A stretch of 34,989 nt of DNA, from sequence record DRR723986_13724, one strand, 5' to 3'. The position numbers and the translations under genes were made by a program. Shown piece by piece: positions 9,743 to 19,687 of this stretch; position 1 is the stretch's first letter, and every line of letters starts with the position of its first letter. The notes below the pieces were generated by a model. The model was not told where the DNA came from. It saw only the letters and a list, made by a program, of their open reading frames with translations, and searched no databases.

Positions 9743-11602
9743 ATGTATAACTGGATTGAGACCACATTCAACGTGAGCGGGGGCATCACGCAGGCTATTG
9801 CAGTCATCCTGGCTTTGGCCGTTGTGCTGCTGCTGTTCGGACTGTTTATTTTCATTCTAAAGCGCCTGATGGGGGCAAGTGCTCCACAAAGCCGCAACCG
9901 GCAGCCCCGGATTGCCATCATGGACAGTGCTTCTGTCGACGCTCGCCGCCGGCTGCTGCTCATTCGCCGGGACAATATCGAGCATCTCATCCTGGTCGGC
10001 GGCCCGAGCGACGTTGTGGTGGAACAGAATATCGTTCGCAACACCCCGCTGGCCCAGGCCCGGCCCGGACAACCGTCTCCCTCGAACCTGCCGATGCCGG
10101 TCAAGGCCGCAGTTGCCCCAGGACCGGAGATCCCGGCCCGGCCCGACGACTTCCTCGAAGAACAGGAAGTCGCAGCGCCCGCAGTCCAGGCACGTACGCC
10201 AGTTCCGTCTGCCGCGCCGCTAGCGCAGCCGGCTCCACCGGCGCCACAACAGGCCGCCCCGGAACCGCAACCTGCCACTCCGGCGGCACAGCCATCCGCG
10301 CCCGCGTCACCATCGTATCAGGCACCAGCCGCCCCGGTTGCCACGCCGGCAGCCCCCAGTGTGAGTTCGGCTGCACCGCAACGCAATTATTCGGAACCCG
10401 CTCCCTCCCGGCTTACCGCCACGCGTGCGGCCGAGAGTGCTCCGGCAACCGTACAAGCCCCGACGCCCCCGGCCCAACAGGCAACGCCACCCAAGACCAC
10501 CCCCGACAAGCCGGAAAGCGGTGGAGGACTGGGCCGCGCGAGCGATCTGCTACGTGCCGCCACTCAGAACGGCTTCAACCGGGCCGCTTCGAAACCAGCC
10601 GCTCCCGCGCCTGCTTCGCCGGAAGTTTCGCCTCCGCGAAGCACCGACGAAGGCAAGGTCGACATTGCTGCTGCCCTGGAAGCTGAGATACAGGGGAGTG
10701 AACCTGCAACAGCATCCGTAAAAGCGCCGGAAGTGCGCCCTGCCGTTCCGGCTCCCTCTGCCCCGCAGGAAAGCAAGACGGCTGCCACACTGAAGTCCCT
10801 GGCACGCCCGTTCACGGCCCGTGACCGGCCTTCCTATGGCGGTACGATCTCCCCGCCCGCTTCCGGACCGGCGGCACGTGCCAAAACCGCTCTCTTGAAG
10901 CCGGTTGAGCAGGTTCTGCCGGAACACAAGGTGGAGCCGGTGCTCGTTGCCGCAACCTTGACCGCAGCATCCACACCTCAACAAGCCCCCGCGCAGGAAG
11001 CTCCGGCGGAAGAAAGCATGCCGAAACCGGACCAGCCCGCCGACCTTGGCCAGGCGATGGCGGACACGGCGGACGAAAACGTCCAGATGGCCGATGCACA
11101 ACACTCTTCAAGCGATGTTTCAGAGCCCGAAGTGACTGAGGCAATCGAACCTGCCGACGTCACGGCGGATGATGAAGCCCGGACAGCGGCTTCCTTGGAA
11201 GAGGAAGCTGCCGAAACCGAAACACAGTCGGCCGCAGAAGCCGCCCCTTCCAGGGAACTCTCGCTGGATATCGGCGATCTCCTGGAAGACGTGCCGGAAG
11301 CGTCCCCCCCGGCTCAGGACAAACCCGAAGCGTCTTCCGCAGCGGAAATGCCAACTGACGAGGCATCTGCCGACGAGGCTGAAGAGACGCAGGAAGAAAC
11401 CGCAAGCGCTACTGCAACGGTCGCGCCGTCTGCTGTGGCATCGGTAGCGGCTCCTGCCCCGGTAACCGGCGGTCCCGTGACGAGCTCTGCGCCACCGGTC
11501 AAGGCGCCTGTCAGGCCTTCCGCCGGTTTGGGCGACAGAAATCCCATCGAGGAAGAAATGGCGAAGATCCTGGACGAACTGGGTGGACAGTCAAACGGAT
11601 GA
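9743..11602 (+). CDS. fliO: FliO-family flagellar biosynthesis protein with a long Pro/Ala/Glu-rich C-terminal extension
   Basis: N-terminal TM helix, then QPRIAIMDSASVDARRRLLLIRRDNIEHLILVGGPSDVVVE (alphaproteobacterial FliO core). ATGA-coupled to fliP; GAGGG ribosome-binding site. Confidence 0.85.
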   Translation: MYNWIETTFNVSGGITQAIAVILALAVVLLLFGLFIFILKRLMGASAPQSRNRQPRIAIMDSASVDARRRLLLIRRDNIEHLILVGGPSDVVVEQNIVRNTPLAQARPGQPSPSNLPMPVKAAVAPGPEIPARPDDFLEEQEVAAPAVQARTPVPSAAPLAQPAPPAPQQAAPEPQPATPAAQPSAPASPSYQAPAAPVATPAAPSVSSAAPQRNYSEPAPSRLTATRAAESAPATVQAPTPPAQQATPPKTTPDKPESGGGLGRASDLLRAATQNGFNRAASKPAAPAPASPEVSPPRSTDEGKVDIAAALEAEIQGSEPATASVKAPEVRPAVPAPSAPQESKTAATLKSLARPFTARDRPSYGGTISPPASGPAARAKTALLKPVEQVLPEHKVEPVLVAATLTAASTPQQAPAQEAPAEESMPKPDQPADLGQAMADTADENVQMADAQHSSSDVSEPEVTEAIEPADVTADDEARTAASLEEEAAETETQSAAEAAPSRELSLDIGDLLEDVPEASPPAQDKPEASSAAEMPTDEASADEAEETQEETASATATVAPSAVASVAAPAPVTGGPVTSSAPPVKAPVRPSAGLGDRNPIEEEMAKILDELGGQSNG

Positions 11603-12369
11603 TGCGCTTGCAATCGCTCTTGCGGCCTGGCGGTCTGATCCGCCTGATGCTTTTGCTGACCGCACTGCTCGCGGTTCTGGCCGGACCGGCTGCGGCGCAG
11701 GAAATCTCGGTCGGTTTTGGCGATGATACCACCTTGACGGAACGCGCCGTCCAGATGGTTGTCCTTCTGACCATCCTGTCGCTGGCGCCTTCCATTCTCG
11801 TCATGGTGACCAGCTTCACCCGTATCGTGGTGGTGCTGTCGCTCTTGCGGTCTGCCATCGGTCTGCAGACGGCCCCGCCCAACATGGTGATGGTCAGCCT
11901 TGCACTGTTCCTGTCGGCCTTCATCATGATGCCTACCTTGCAGGCCTCCTATGATGCCGGCGTTCAACCACTCATCGACGGGGACATAGAATTCGAGCAG
12001 GCCTTCGAGCGTGCCTCCGATCCGTTCCGGACGTTCATGCTGTCCCAGGTCCGCGAAAAGGACCTCGCCCTGTTCGAGGAACTCTCCGGCAGAGAAGAAG
12101 CACCGGAAGGCCCGGAAGACCTTTCCATGGCCACGCTCATTCCCGCTTTCATGATCTCCGAACTGCGACGTGCATTCGAAATCGGCTTCCTGCTCTACCT
12201 GCCGTTTCTCATCATCGACCTCGTGATTGCATCCGTCTTGATGTCCATGGGTATGATGATGTTGCCGCCGGTGGTAATCTCTCTTCCGTTCAAGCTGATC
12301 TTCTTCGTACTTGTCGATGGCTGGAACCTGGTGGCAGGCTCGCTGGTCAAGAGCTTCGGCGGCGGCTGA
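11599..12369 (+). CDS. fliP: flagellar export pore protein FliP
   Basis: MVTSFTRIVVVLSLLR, IPAFMISELRRAFEIGF and GMMMLPPVVISLPFKL motifs; signal peptide. Confidence 0.98.
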   Translation: MMRLQSLLRPGGLIRLMLLLTALLAVLAGPAAAQEISVGFGDDTTLTERAVQMVVLLTILSLAPSILVMVTSFTRIVVVLSLLRSAIGLQTAPPNMVMVSLALFLSAFIMMPTLQASYDAGVQPLIDGDIEFEQAFERASDPFRTFMLSQVREKDLALFEELSGREEAPEGPEDLSMATLIPAFMISELRRAFEIGFLLYLPFLIIDLVIASVLMSMGMMMLPPVVISLPFKLIFFVLVDGWNLVAGSLVKSFGGG

Positions 12370-12474
12370 AGCACCCGGCCAAGTCGTTAAAAGTAGAAGA
12401 AAATTAAGATAGGACTGTAATAGTTACAGCCGTGCGGGCTCGAATTGTGCCCCTTCGTTAATAGCGGCAGGACA

Positions 12475-13551
12475 GTGTTAAGAGAACAATTAGAACAGCT
12501 CGCCCGGATCAAAGAACCAGAGGCGAGATCAAAACTCATCCGCACGCTCGTCGGCGAATATGCGCGGTCGGAAGACCACGAGCCGACGGAGATGGAGCGG
12601 GAACTGTTTTCGCGAATTGTTCTCTCGGTTTTCGACCAGTTGGACCGCGCTGCACGCTACGAACTTGTCGTACGCCTTGCAAAAACCGACCGCATCATCC
12701 CCGACCTTGCGGACCGGCTCGCCCAGGAAGATTACGAACTGTCGGAACCGGTGATCGAATGCTCGCCGATGATCAGCCAGAACGGTCTCATGCAGATCGC
12801 CAAGAACGGCGGCAACGACAAGCGCAAGTCAACGGCAAAGAGACCTGATCTTTCCGAAGAGGTGACCGACACGATGATTGCGCGGGCCAGCCGGGATGTG
12901 GTCCACGAGCTCCTCCATAATATGGCAGCGCCCTTTTCCGTCCGAGGCACACTCGCCCTGCTGATCTTTGCAAACACGGAAGCAGACGTGCTCGCCGGCA
13001 TTGCAAGGCGTGCACTGGAAGACGAGGCATTTCTCCAAACCCAGATGGACATTCTGGAGACCAACTGTCCGCTGATCCCGCCTCCCCTCAAGAAGGCCCT
13101 GGAAACCGGCGAACTGCAGCGCCTGGCGAAGACCATCGAAGAGCGGCACGATGGCAGCATCGATCTCGACGGCGTCACTTACTCGCGCCACGAGGCCAGC
13201 ATCCAGATTGCCAACGGGGAACTCTCCTTCGATGCAATTCTGCGGACACTGTTCGAAGAAGGCCGCCTTGATGCGGCCATCTGGCTGATCAGCCGCAAGA
13301 TCAACCTCGCCGACGAGGTTGTTTCCGACACGCTGAAATCCGATGCGGATGGTGCAATCATGCGCCTGATGCTGCAGACCGGCATCCATGAAAAGACCTA
13401 TCGCGACTTCCTGAAAGCACGCTGCGAGTGGCTGGACCGAAGCACGCGGTCCATTCCCGAACTCGTCATGCGCTACAAGTCCGAACTCAAGAAACCGCAT
13501 AAGAACCCTGGTCAGCCGCCGTCACAGTCGCCTCTGAAGGCAGTCACCTGA
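12475..13551 (+). CDS. DUF2336-like all-helical protein
   Basis: Pattern LARIKEPEARSKLIR...ERELFSRIV...LVVRLA...LAQEDYELSEPVIECSP resembles the DUF2336 N-terminus. GTG at 12475 after AGGA is preferred over the track TTG at 12445. Confidence 0.7.
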   Translation: MLREQLEQLARIKEPEARSKLIRTLVGEYARSEDHEPTEMERELFSRIVLSVFDQLDRAARYELVVRLAKTDRIIPDLADRLAQEDYELSEPVIECSPMISQNGLMQIAKNGGNDKRKSTAKRPDLSEEVTDTMIARASRDVVHELLHNMAAPFSVRGTLALLIFANTEADVLAGIARRALEDEAFLQTQMDILETNCPLIPPPLKKALETGELQRLAKTIEERHDGSIDLDGVTYSRHEASIQIANGELSFDAILRTLFEEGRLDAAIWLISRKINLADEVVSDTLKSDADGAIMRLMLQTGIHEKTYRDFLKARCEWLDRSTRSIPELVMRYKSELKKPHKNPGQPPSQSPLKAVT

Positions 13552-13587
13552 CACGAGTGCGTGGTCAGCCCGCTGCCCTCCGCAATG

Positions 13588-14352
13588 TCACGATGCCAGA
13601 AGATTTCTGTCCAGAAATGTCAGCAGGTTCTCGTGATGCAGGTTTTCTGCAGCACTGGTCGGGATATGGTCCTGGCCTTCGTAGATATGAACCTCCGGCT
13701 TCCGGCCACGGGCAAGAAGCCGCGACTCCAGACGCTTTGTCATGTCCACTGACCAGACCCGGTCGGCCGACCCGTGGCTCAGGAAAATCGGTCCGTCGTA
13801 GCGTTCTATTTCGATCTGTTTCGTAGGAAGAAGGTTCTCGGAAGACCCGCGCCAGGACCATGCCCGCTCACCGGGGTCCCATGGCTGCCAGCCTGGATCT
13901 CCAGCGTCGCGGTAAGCCTTGCTGTCGAACGCCCCGCACACAACGTCTGGCGGACTGTGCACAGCCACCGCGTCAGGCAGGCCGTCAAGACCTTCCTCCG
14001 CCATCAGGGCTGTCAGCAAAAGGGCATGTTCAGCCCCCCGCGACACGCCATAGAATGCCGCCTTTTCACCAACGGCCTCAAATGCACGCAGCGCCCGGAA
14101 GGCATCCAGACTTCTGTCCAGTGACACGTTTTCAATGCTGCCGGCATTCCAGGCATTGCCCCCCTTCGAATAGCCGAAAGGAAAGGCAAGATAACCATGT
14201 GCTGCCAGGAGAACCGCATTTCGATGGCTCCAGCCTGACCATGCCCCCTCTGAGCCATGAAACACCATGACGGCAGGAAAGGGTCCCTCGCCTGCAGGAC
14301 CATAGGTCGTGCCCCATTCCGGGATAAGACGCCGGACGATTTTCAAGGACAT
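13588..14352 (-). CDS. alpha/beta hydrolase (BAAT/acyl-CoA thioesterase C-terminal-like)
   Basis: HGSEG oxyanion region, GVSRG nucleophile elbow, GSADRVW and EGQDH for the Asp/His. ATG at 14352 with AAGGA upstream; the track's upstream extension is probably non-coding. Confidence 0.85.
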   Translation of the reverse strand: MSLKIVRRLIPEWGTTYGPAGEGPFPAVMVFHGSEGAWSGWSHRNAVLLAAHGYLAFPFGYSKGGNAWNAGSIENVSLDRSLDAFRALRAFEAVGEKAAFYGVSRGAEHALLLTALMAEEGLDGLPDAVAVHSPPDVVCGAFDSKAYRDAGDPGWQPWDPGERAWSWRGSSENLLPTKQIEIERYDGPIFLSHGSADRVWSVDMTKRLESRLLARGRKPEVHIYEGQDHIPTSAAENLHHENLLTFLDRNLLAS

Positions 14353-14572
14353 GAAGGAGTTCCTTTGTTCCGGTGTTCCAAAGCCAACGAACCGACACAT
14401 CCACCGCTGCAAAACGGAAAGGTGGGGCCATGAGGCCGGATAATCAGGTTCTTTGTGAGAACGTGCGGCGGATCGCGACACGTGTGGAAGGGTAACCGAC
14501 CGCAACTGAACAGGAGTTGGCACCGGTGCGCAAGTCCCCCTGCAACCGGACAACCTTCACACAGCGTCAGCT

Positions 14573-17500
14573 TCAGCCGGCGTTTTCTTCCGTGACGGGC
14601 GCAGCGGCAGACTGATCCGGGCTGCGATCGGGAGACATGTACTGACGCCGGTATTCTTTCAGGAAGGTTTCCAGTGAATCGACATCGGCAAGCCTGTTGG
14701 CGACTTCGAGGAACTCGACACCCTGCGCCTCGATCGGCCGGGTCACGACCTCAAAGGACATTGCCTCGGGGCTGTCGGACATCTTGGACATGTACTTTGT
14801 CTGCAGGCGTTCCAGGCTGAGCTGGTCGCCCGCCAGTGAATAGGCGATGGCCGCCCGCAGGATGTCGCGGCGTTCAAGATCGTCGAGCGGAATGTTGTCG
14901 GACCAGCGCGAGCCATGCATCGCTTCCAGCTGCTCACCCGCATCCCGCCAGCTTTCGGCTGCCCAGAATGTATCTGCCCGCAACCGATCGACATCCGAAC
15001 CGCGCATGTTGCGAACCAGTTCCAGGGCAAGATCCGGGCGCCCGCTTTCGGTCAGGGCACGGGCTTCAACGATGTTGCGCTGACGCTCCAGGGTCGACGG
15101 AAGGCTCGCCTGCCGTGTCCGGTTGAGCACCCGCAGTGCTTCCTCGGCCTTGCGATCCATCAGGTAGATCGCGGCAAGATCCGCTGCAATCTGCGCCCGC
15201 GCGGCACCTTTCAAGCGGTTGTCAACCTGATGGCGCAGCAACTCGGTTGCCTGGTCCAGCAAGTCGACTTCCACCAGTCTCTTGGCCAGAAGGCGGACCA
15301 TCTCGTCTCCCTGACGACCGATCGGCACAAGTTCGCGGAAATCATAAAAGAGTGCCAGCGCCTTCACCGGCTGCATCTCGTCCGCCTTGCCGTCCAGGAA
15401 CAACGCGTTGAAGAGGCCGTTCATCTCTTCCTGCAGCAGCCGCGTGGTATCTGCATCGGGTTCAGCCTGAACGGCAGATTTCATGGCTTCGAACGCTTCG
15501 CGGTACTGGCCCTGCTCGGCATAGAGCTGTGCCAGGAACCTCAATGTCTTCAATTCGATTTCATCACCGCGCCAGGACGTTGCCAGCCCGGCAAGCTGAT
15601 CGATGGCTTGCTCCATGTTGAGTTCGCCATCCCGGTAACGGATCCGGAGCGCGCGGTATTCCGCTTCGGCCGCCCGCGGCCGGTCGTCGGACCTGGTCAC
15701 GAGATCGAACACGGTCAAGGCTTCCTGCGACCGGCCGGAGGCATCGGCAACGCGGCCACGCAGGATATCGTAACGGGCAGCCTGCGTCCGCGTCACTTCG
15801 GCCGGCTCGATCTCGGCCAGCACGCTGTTGGCAACACCGAAATCATTGACCTCGACCATGGCCTGTGCGGCGGCGAGCTTGAATTCTGTCTGGATGGCTT
15901 CCGGGTAGTTGCCGACCACGGCCCGTCCGCGCGGCATGGCAATACGGGCAGACGTCCAGTTACCCAGTTTCACATCAACAATCGTCTGCCAGACAGCAGC
16001 ATCGGGGCTGTTCTTCAGGTCTGGTCGGTTCAGATGCGCATAGGCCGCGTCGGGCCGGTTGGCCAGGGTCTGGGCCGCCCCCATCATCAGGTTGAAGGAA
16101 CTGTCTTCGGCAAGTGCCGGTTCTTCTTCCAGCGCAAGCTTCATCAGCCCCAGCGCTTCCTGTGCAAACTGATGCGCCAGATAGAACCGCGACAAAGCCA
16201 TCAAGGGCTTGCGGCGCTTGCCTGTCGGCGACTTCGCCAGCTTGTCCTGCAGCTCCAGCAGGCGGGTGCGGTAAGCCCCCGGACCTTCGGTGCTCAGGGA
16301 AACGAACTCGATGAAATTGCTGTCTTCCGGATCGACGATTGTCTGGCTCGATCCGGATCCGCCTCGCAGATGCTGGCTGGAAAGCGCAAGACCGCCTTCC
16401 TTTTCGATGATCACGTCATCGCCAAGGATCTTCATCTTCAAGCCGTCAGACTTCGGCACGACGGCAATGCCCTGCGCGGAACTCAGGGCGTCCAGGTCGA
16501 CAAACGTCTGAGGCTTCAACAGACCGCGTGGCGGACCGAAGCCGGTGACAAGAGATATCGTGTCGCCAACGAACGGGTCGGTAATCTGACGGATGTTCTG
16601 CGGATCCTGATAGAGCACACGCAGCACGGAGCCGCCATCGCCTCGCACAGTCCGTTCCAGCTGCAGCGGAATGGAGGGTTCCAGGATCAGGTCGCCGATA
16701 ACGAGCGACCAGGCATTGCCGTCAACACCCACCGTCGCCAGTACAGGATCGGTCATGTCCATCCGCAGGATCTGGTAATCGTCGAACTGCTGAACCTCGA
16801 TCGTTTCCGCCGTTTCGGCCAGCGCCGAGACCATCCCCCGGGTGTCGATCGTGGCATCGGTATCGAAGATCAGCCAGATGCTGTCATTGCGCCGGAACAC
16901 CGCGCTGGAAACCGGCTCGGAGAACGGAAACACAACGCGGACTGTGTTACCGATGCGCCGGGCTTCAGCAGAAACGAAATTGCGCACTTCCTCAGCGAAG
17001 TTTTCCGGCGGCTGCTCCGGTGAGGGACGCCCCTGGTTCAAATCCTGACCGCCGTTGGCGCGCCAGGTTTCCGGTGCTGATTGCTGCGTGCCGGGAAGCT
17101 GGATCCCGGCTGGAACGTCGCCGCTACCAAGCGTCGGCGTGTTCAGGATCTGCACTGGCGTTGCGCCATACGGCGCATTCGGCTGGCTACCCCGGTTGAT
17201 TGTCTCGACCTGCTGTAGTGTCGGAATGCCGTTGTTCTCGGGCGCGGCTTCCTGTTGCTGGTCGCCGATCTGCTGCGTGGACAAGTCCAGCATCGGCGCT
17301 TCCCGGACGATTTCCTCATCCTCCGGCAGCACTTCGTTCAACGGCAAAGCACCGGGTTCAGCCTGGGCAACGGTTACCAGACCAGCGTTGGACGGGGCAA
17401 CGGCGTCGTTTCCGTTGGTTGCTTCGGCCGCGGGAATGGCCGCTGTCGTCAGAAATTCAGCTGCGCCATCAACCGAAATCGGCAGGACAGCGGCAGCAAG

Positions 17501-18862
17501 CTCTGGTGCAGGAAGCGTTTCGACCGCCAAGGCGGTCGGAGTGACGTCAACACCAGCGGCAGCGATCTCGGTTCCGCTACCTGGCCCTGGCAGCGCTTCT
17601 TCCCCAACCAACGGTTTGATGCGCGGGACCATGGCAAGCTGAGTTTCGGCCGGAGCGTTCGCACGTCCGGCTTCCGGATCGGGCTCGGCCGACAGTGCGG
17701 CGGACTGATCAGAGTTTTCAACGGCTGACGGCTGTGGTGCTTGCGGCGCCTCGGCTCCCTCATCCGTCTTGCCGCCTCCCAGCGGAACAATCGTATAGGC
17801 CGGCGATTCATCGGCCTTGGACTCCTTCAGGACCCCGCCTCCGCTCGCAGTGCTGCCGCCGGACGTCGGATTCCCGCGCGGGTTCTTGACCTCACGCGTG
17901 TCGCGCAGGCCCGGCGCGGTAATCATGTCCTTGCGGTTTTCGTTGTCCTCGACGGACAGTTCCTTGTTGATCAGCGCATTTGCCGGATCATTCACTTCCA
18001 TGTTTTCCGGCGTCACGTCGATAACGTAGGTCTGTTCCTCCCGGAACGCCCGAATGTCGACCGAAGGCTCGACGCGCATAAGGAACTTCAGCTTGCCCTG
18101 ATCCAGGAAGGAAGTCGCGTCGATCACCCCTTGGGGCAGATGCGCGCGCAGGTGGGCAATGTCCAGCTGTGCCGGATGGTTGAACGTCACCTTGATGATG
18201 TCGTTTTCGCGCACGAAAGCGGTGTCGAACTTGATAGACCAGTCAAACACCAGACGGGTGAATGTCGGATGCTCACCCACATGCAGCGTCACCTCCGGCC
18301 CTTCCTGAGCCTTGAGTCGCGCCTGTTCGAGGGCGCGAACCTTGCGCATCGCCTCTTCGGCACGCTTTGCAAGATCACGCACGACATCGTCGGGAAGTCC
18401 TGGCGGCAAGCCCTGCCAGTCCATCGGCAGGATATCGACAAACAGCTTTTCGCCGGCTTCCAGAGTATTGATCTGGAACTGGTTCTTCAGTGCAAAGCGG
18501 ATGGCACTTCCGTCCGGATCTCGCCGGGCAATGGTCACGTAGTCGCCCAGGTCCAGCGGAACATCGTCAACGTTGATGTCGATCGGATCTTCAAATGAAA
18601 TCCGCAGGACCCCGCCTGTGATGACCGCATCATAGATCGGAAGCAGCGTGCGGTCCTTGAACGTCAGGACGATACGGCCATAACCCTCCCCCGGAGAAAC
18701 GGTCAGATCAACCGGTTCCAGATTGTCGGATTGGGCCAGAGCGGCACCCGTGACGCAGGCCAGAACAAGCCAGAACGAAACCAGCAGGCGCGCGAAAGTT
18801 CGCACCCTGTCCGAAAACGCGGGAGTTCCGCCGGTCTGGGATGTCAGGAACGGTCCTGGCAA
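14573..18862 (-). CDS. large secreted TPR-repeat protein of the fliL-fliM-motE operon (putative periplasmic motor scaffold)
   Basis: Signal-peptide-like N-terminus (ALA/Q); repeated beta-rich modules (YGRIVLTF, FTRLVFDW, TVRVVFPF); a low-complexity central linker; C-terminal helical TPR-like repeats (LAQLYAEQGQYREAFEAM). TTG start with GAGGA upstream. Confidence 0.85.
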   Translation of the reverse strand: MPGPFLTSQTGGTPAFSDRVRTFARLLVSFWLVLACVTGAALAQSDNLEPVDLTVSPGEGYGRIVLTFKDRTLLPIYDAVITGGVLRISFEDPIDINVDDVPLDLGDYVTIARRDPDGSAIRFALKNQFQINTLEAGEKLFVDILPMDWQGLPPGLPDDVVRDLAKRAEEAMRKVRALEQARLKAQEGPEVTLHVGEHPTFTRLVFDWSIKFDTAFVRENDIIKVTFNHPAQLDIAHLRAHLPQGVIDATSFLDQGKLKFLMRVEPSVDIRAFREEQTYVIDVTPENMEVNDPANALINKELSVEDNENRKDMITAPGLRDTREVKNPRGNPTSGGSTASGGGVLKESKADESPAYTIVPLGGGKTDEGAEAPQAPQPSAVENSDQSAALSAEPDPEAGRANAPAETQLAMVPRIKPLVGEEALPGPGSGTEIAAAGVDVTPTALAVETLPAPELAAAVLPISVDGAAEFLTTAAIPAAEATNGNDAVAPSNAGLVTVAQAEPGALPLNEVLPEDEEIVREAPMLDLSTQQIGDQQQEAAPENNGIPTLQQVETINRGSQPNAPYGATPVQILNTPTLGSGDVPAGIQLPGTQQSAPETWRANGGQDLNQGRPSPEQPPENFAEEVRNFVSAEARRIGNTVRVVFPFSEPVSSAVFRRNDSIWLIFDTDATIDTRGMVSALAETAETIEVQQFDDYQILRMDMTDPVLATVGVDGNAWSLVIGDLILEPSIPLQLERTVRGDGGSVLRVLYQDPQNIRQITDPFVGDTISLVTGFGPPRGLLKPQTFVDLDALSSAQGIAVVPKSDGLKMKILGDDVIIEKEGGLALSSQHLRGGSGSSQTIVDPEDSNFIEFVSLSTEGPGAYRTRLLELQDKLAKSPTGKRRKPLMALSRFYLAHQFAQEALGLMKLALEEEPALAEDSSFNLMMGAAQTLANRPDAAYAHLNRPDLKNSPDAAVWQTIVDVKLGNWTSARIAMPRGRAVVGNYPEAIQTEFKLAAAQAMVEVNDFGVANSVLAEIEPAEVTRTQAARYDILRGRVADASGRSQEALTVFDLVTRSDDRPRAAEAEYRALRIRYRDGELNMEQAIDQLAGLATSWRGDEIELKTLRFLAQLYAEQGQYREAFEAMKSAVQAEPDADTTRLLQEEMNGLFNALFLDGKADEMQPVKALALFYDFRELVPIGRQGDEMVRLLAKRLVEVDLLDQATELLRHQVDNRLKGAARAQIAADLAAIYLMDRKAEEALRVLNRTRQASLPSTLERQRNIVEARALTESGRPDLALELVRNMRGSDVDRLRADTFWAAESWRDAGEQLEAMHGSRWSDNIPLDDLERRDILRAAIAYSLAGDQLSLERLQTKYMSKMSDSPEAMSFEVVTRPIEAQGVEFLEVANRLADVDSLETFLKEYRRQYMSPDRSPDQSAAAPVTEENAG

Positions 18863-18955
18863 GATGTTCTGTCCTCGGATGACGCCAACACACTATTGTT
18901 AGTCAGGTCTTGTTAACGTGCCCTTACGCGATACGCCGAAATCCGGTCTTCTCGG

Positions 18956-19687
18956 TCAGTTTGACGGAATTTTCGGCAAGGCCTCCGGCGCTTGCGCCTG
19001 TGCCTGCACCGGTTTTGTGTCCGCTGAGGGCAACGGAGAGGCGTTCGCGATTGCCACTGTCATGCGCTCGGCCGCTTCGGGATCCATTTTCCCGAGGATA
19101 TCTGCCATCTTTCGAGGTTTCATCTGGCGCACCACCTTCAAAAGGACCGGCAGGCTCAAGCGATCGAAGATCCGGGCTGCATCTTTCGGCTTCATGCTTT
19201 CGTACATGGTCACGAGGCCGGCAATTTCGTTTTCTTCCTGCTCCTGCTTCTGTCCGACAGCTGCCTCGATGCGCTCTTCGAGCTTCTTCAGTTCGTCAAC
19301 GCGCTTTTGAATGCGCTCTTCGGTGGCCTGCAGAAGCTTTTCACGCAGGTCCAGCTGGCCTTCATGCTCCTGCAGCGACTCGCGCCGTCTGCCAAGACTT
19401 TCCAGAACAGCGCGCTCCGCGGCCGAACCCCCGATTTCAAGACTGTCCGGCAGGGCCGGCTGGTCGGGCAGCCCGCCCCCCGGCGGCGGTGGTGGCGGCG
19501 GACCATCCGCGGCCATTTCAGCCGTTGGATCAGCCATGTCACCGCCGTCAGCTCCCGGCGTTTCCTGTGCGACTGCGCCATTGATGGGCAGGTTGCCGCT
19601 TTGCGGGCCCAGCGCGAAGCCAAGCAGCTTCAGGGCCAGCAGAGCGCTTGCCGAAACACCCAACAAAGGCAGCAGTCTCAAGTTCAT
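18956..19687 (-). CDS. motE: MotE-family periplasmic flagellar motility protein
   Basis: Signal/anchor, Pro-rich linker, coiled coil, then an MgtE_N-like LVTMYESMKPKDAARIF...MKPRKMADILGKMDPEAA region. Confidence 0.85.
   Translation of the reverse strand: MNLRLLPLLGVSASALLALKLLGFALGPQSGNLPINGAVAQETPGADGGDMADPTAEMAADGPPPPPPPGGGLPDQPALPDSLEIGGSAAERAVLESLGRRRESLQEHEGQLDLREKLLQATEERIQKRVDELKKLEERIEAAVGQKQEQEENEIAGLVTMYESMKPKDAARIFDRLSLPVLLKVVRQMKPRKMADILGKMDPEAAERMTVAIANASPLPSADTKPVQAQAQAPEALPKIPSN

Noticed and set aside
10100-11520. Repetitive GC-rich tract as a CRISPR or DNA repeat array
   Set aside because: It has no fixed-length repeat-spacer structure and is explained by Pro/Ala codons of the fliO tail.
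14518-14532. TGGCAC-containing sigma54-like sequence
   Set aside because: GG-to-GC spacing is 9 rather than 10, and no + strand gene lies downstream.
14353-14553. Upstream extension of the hydrolase ORF (likewise for the dksA, fliX and PflI-like ORFs)
   Set aside because: Better ATG starts with ribosome-binding sites or translational coupling lie downstream, and the extensions lack family-like sequence.
14915-17023. 702-aa + strand ORF and other long antisense ORFs (e.g. 20226-21347, 27697-28842)
   Set aside because: They lie entirely opposite well-supported genes and look like shadow ORFs.
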